The notes beneath the pieces are model-generated. The model was given only the letters and a program-made list of their open reading frames with translations. It searched no databases and was not told the DNA's origin. From Verrucomicrobiota bacterium (GTDB lineage: Bacteria > Verrucomicrobiota > Verrucomicrobiia > Opitutales > Cerasicoccaceae): a DNA stretch of 64,000 bases. The DNA lies in assembly GCA_039818205.1 (NCBI GenBank), contig JBCBUK010000005.1:232065-296064 (forward strand). Direction: 5' to 3'. Position numbers and translations under genes: made by a program. The number at the start of each line of letters is the position of its first letter. Within the stretch, counting starts at the first letter, position 1. This document shows positions 63,052-64,000 of this stretch, piece by piece.

Positions 63052-63188
63052 AGCGGACCAACTCACCGGAAGGTAAAGATAGCTGTCAAATTCTGGCCAA
63101 AACCAGTGCTTTAATTGCCATTATTAACAACATCGAAGGCAATTGATGGATTTGATGAATTCCACTCATACACCTACCTTCATCCGAC

Positions 63189-63221
63189 AAAAGGAAGGCC
63201 ACCCTCGCGAAAGGGTGACCT
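63189..63221 (-). terminator. Probable terminator after the second porin copy
   Basis: Minus strand AGGTCACCCT-ttcgcg-AGGGTGGCCT-TCCTTTT. Confidence 0.65.
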
Positions 63222-63331
63222 AATTTGCCTATCAGCACAACTGACCGTGCCGAGAGGTCCAGCTGGCTAACCACACCAGCTAGTTTTAGTTATTAACCAA
63301 AAATCTGGTTTTGAGTTCTAAGAACCGCAGG

Positions 63332-64000
63332 TTAGAAATCAACTCCGACGCCGATATTTCCAGTCACGAAGGAATTCTTCGGATTAGGAACGGTATCGTT
63401 GTTGGTGAAGTAGTAGGTAAGGCCGCCATGGATATTCCAAGCACCGTACTCCTCGCCGATAAATGGTAGTGGGACGCTCGCTTGCGGGCCAACTGCCAAG
63501 TAGGTGAAACCACCTTCAAGACCGTAGTAGTTGTCGGTATTGAATGCAACATCGGCTCCGAGAGAAACATCGACACCATAAAGGTCCCATCCTTCAGAAA
63601 TACCGAGAACAAATACGGTTCCGCGGCGTTGCGCACCATTCACGTCAACACGGTTGTGAACGATGAGGGTTGGATTCAGGAGGATATCATAGCTGACCAT
63701 GAAGTCCAAAATGCGCTCAACGTCGCCCGCGTAAATCCACTCCTGGTAGGTCACCTCAAAGGTCCATCCGCTAATGGAATAACCTAAGCCGGCCCACACA
63801 TCAACTTCTTGGATGTCATCGCCAATACCCGACGTAGCGATACCGTTGATATCAAACCAGATTCCGCCAAAGGCGTATAGACCGTTGTCGAAATCAAATG
63901 TTACCGAAGCGGATGGATTAAAGATAAGGTTGTCCCAGCTCTGCCCCTCAGCTTCGACTTCAACTCTCACTTTATCTCCTATGGCTTTGATGTCTGGGCT
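63332..64000 (-). CDS. Second near-identical copy of the putative porin (partial; 45-bp segment inverted at the window edge)
   Basis: 63332-63952 aligns with 62123-62743 at an offset of 1209 bp, with three amino-acid differences seen; the frame is open to 64000. Confidence 0.75.
   Translation of the reverse strand, partial: SPDIKAIGDKVRVEVEAEGQSWDNLIFNPSASVTFDFDNGLYAFGGIWFDINGIATSGIGDDIQEVDVWAGLGYSISGWTFEVTYQEWIYAGDVERILDFMVSYDILLNPTLIVHNRVDVNGAQRRGTVFVLGISEGWDLYGVDVSLGADVAFNTDNYYGLEGGFTYLAVGPQASVPLPFIGEEYGAWNIHGGLTYYFTNNDTVPNPKNSFVTGNIGVGVDF

Noticed and set aside
63332..63970. GTG 63970 as the real start of a 212-aa protein
   Set aside because: The GTG lies inside the inverted 45-bp segment, the frame is open to the window edge, and there is no signal peptide.

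Overview
Bacterial chromosomal window, most likely a marine Verrucomicrobiota (Opitutia/Puniceicoccales-like). This is inferred from a PEP-CTERM protein, PVC-type C-terminal tails on exported enzymes, sulfatases and a GH86 agarase/porphyranase. Four parts: (1) 1-22.6 kb, algal-polysaccharide and exported-enzyme region: multimodular GH86, unclassified GH-like protein, MFS transporter, DoxX plus Tat-exported Gfo/Idh/MocA oxidoreductase, AraC, a BlaI/BlaR1-like pair divergent from a ~1500-aa di-haem surface protein, and a lectin-repeat sulfatase. (2) 23-35.4 kb, CusCBA-type efflux genes with DUF3347, a single-chain E1alpha-E1beta-lipoyl-FabH fusion, and a RhlE-like helicase. (3) 36-38.7 kb, a sulfatase and a CHRD/PEP-CTERM protein. 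(4) 39-64 kb, a ~25 kb nitrogen-scavenging region of two convergent operons, each with a sigma-54-type promoter. The guanidine-type operon holds an ABC transporter, creatininase-family hydrolase, GlnT/GmaS-like ligase, a NikR homologue lacking most Ni ligands with two NikR-geometry operators, cgdAB and an Asp-type carboxylase. The urea operon holds a putative porin, urtABCDE, an Asn-type carboxylase and atzF, with a GntR-type operator. At the right edge a near-identical second porin copy carries a 45-bp segment in inverted orientation, and the reading frame stays open. All family assignments come from reading motifs by eye; no database searches were run.
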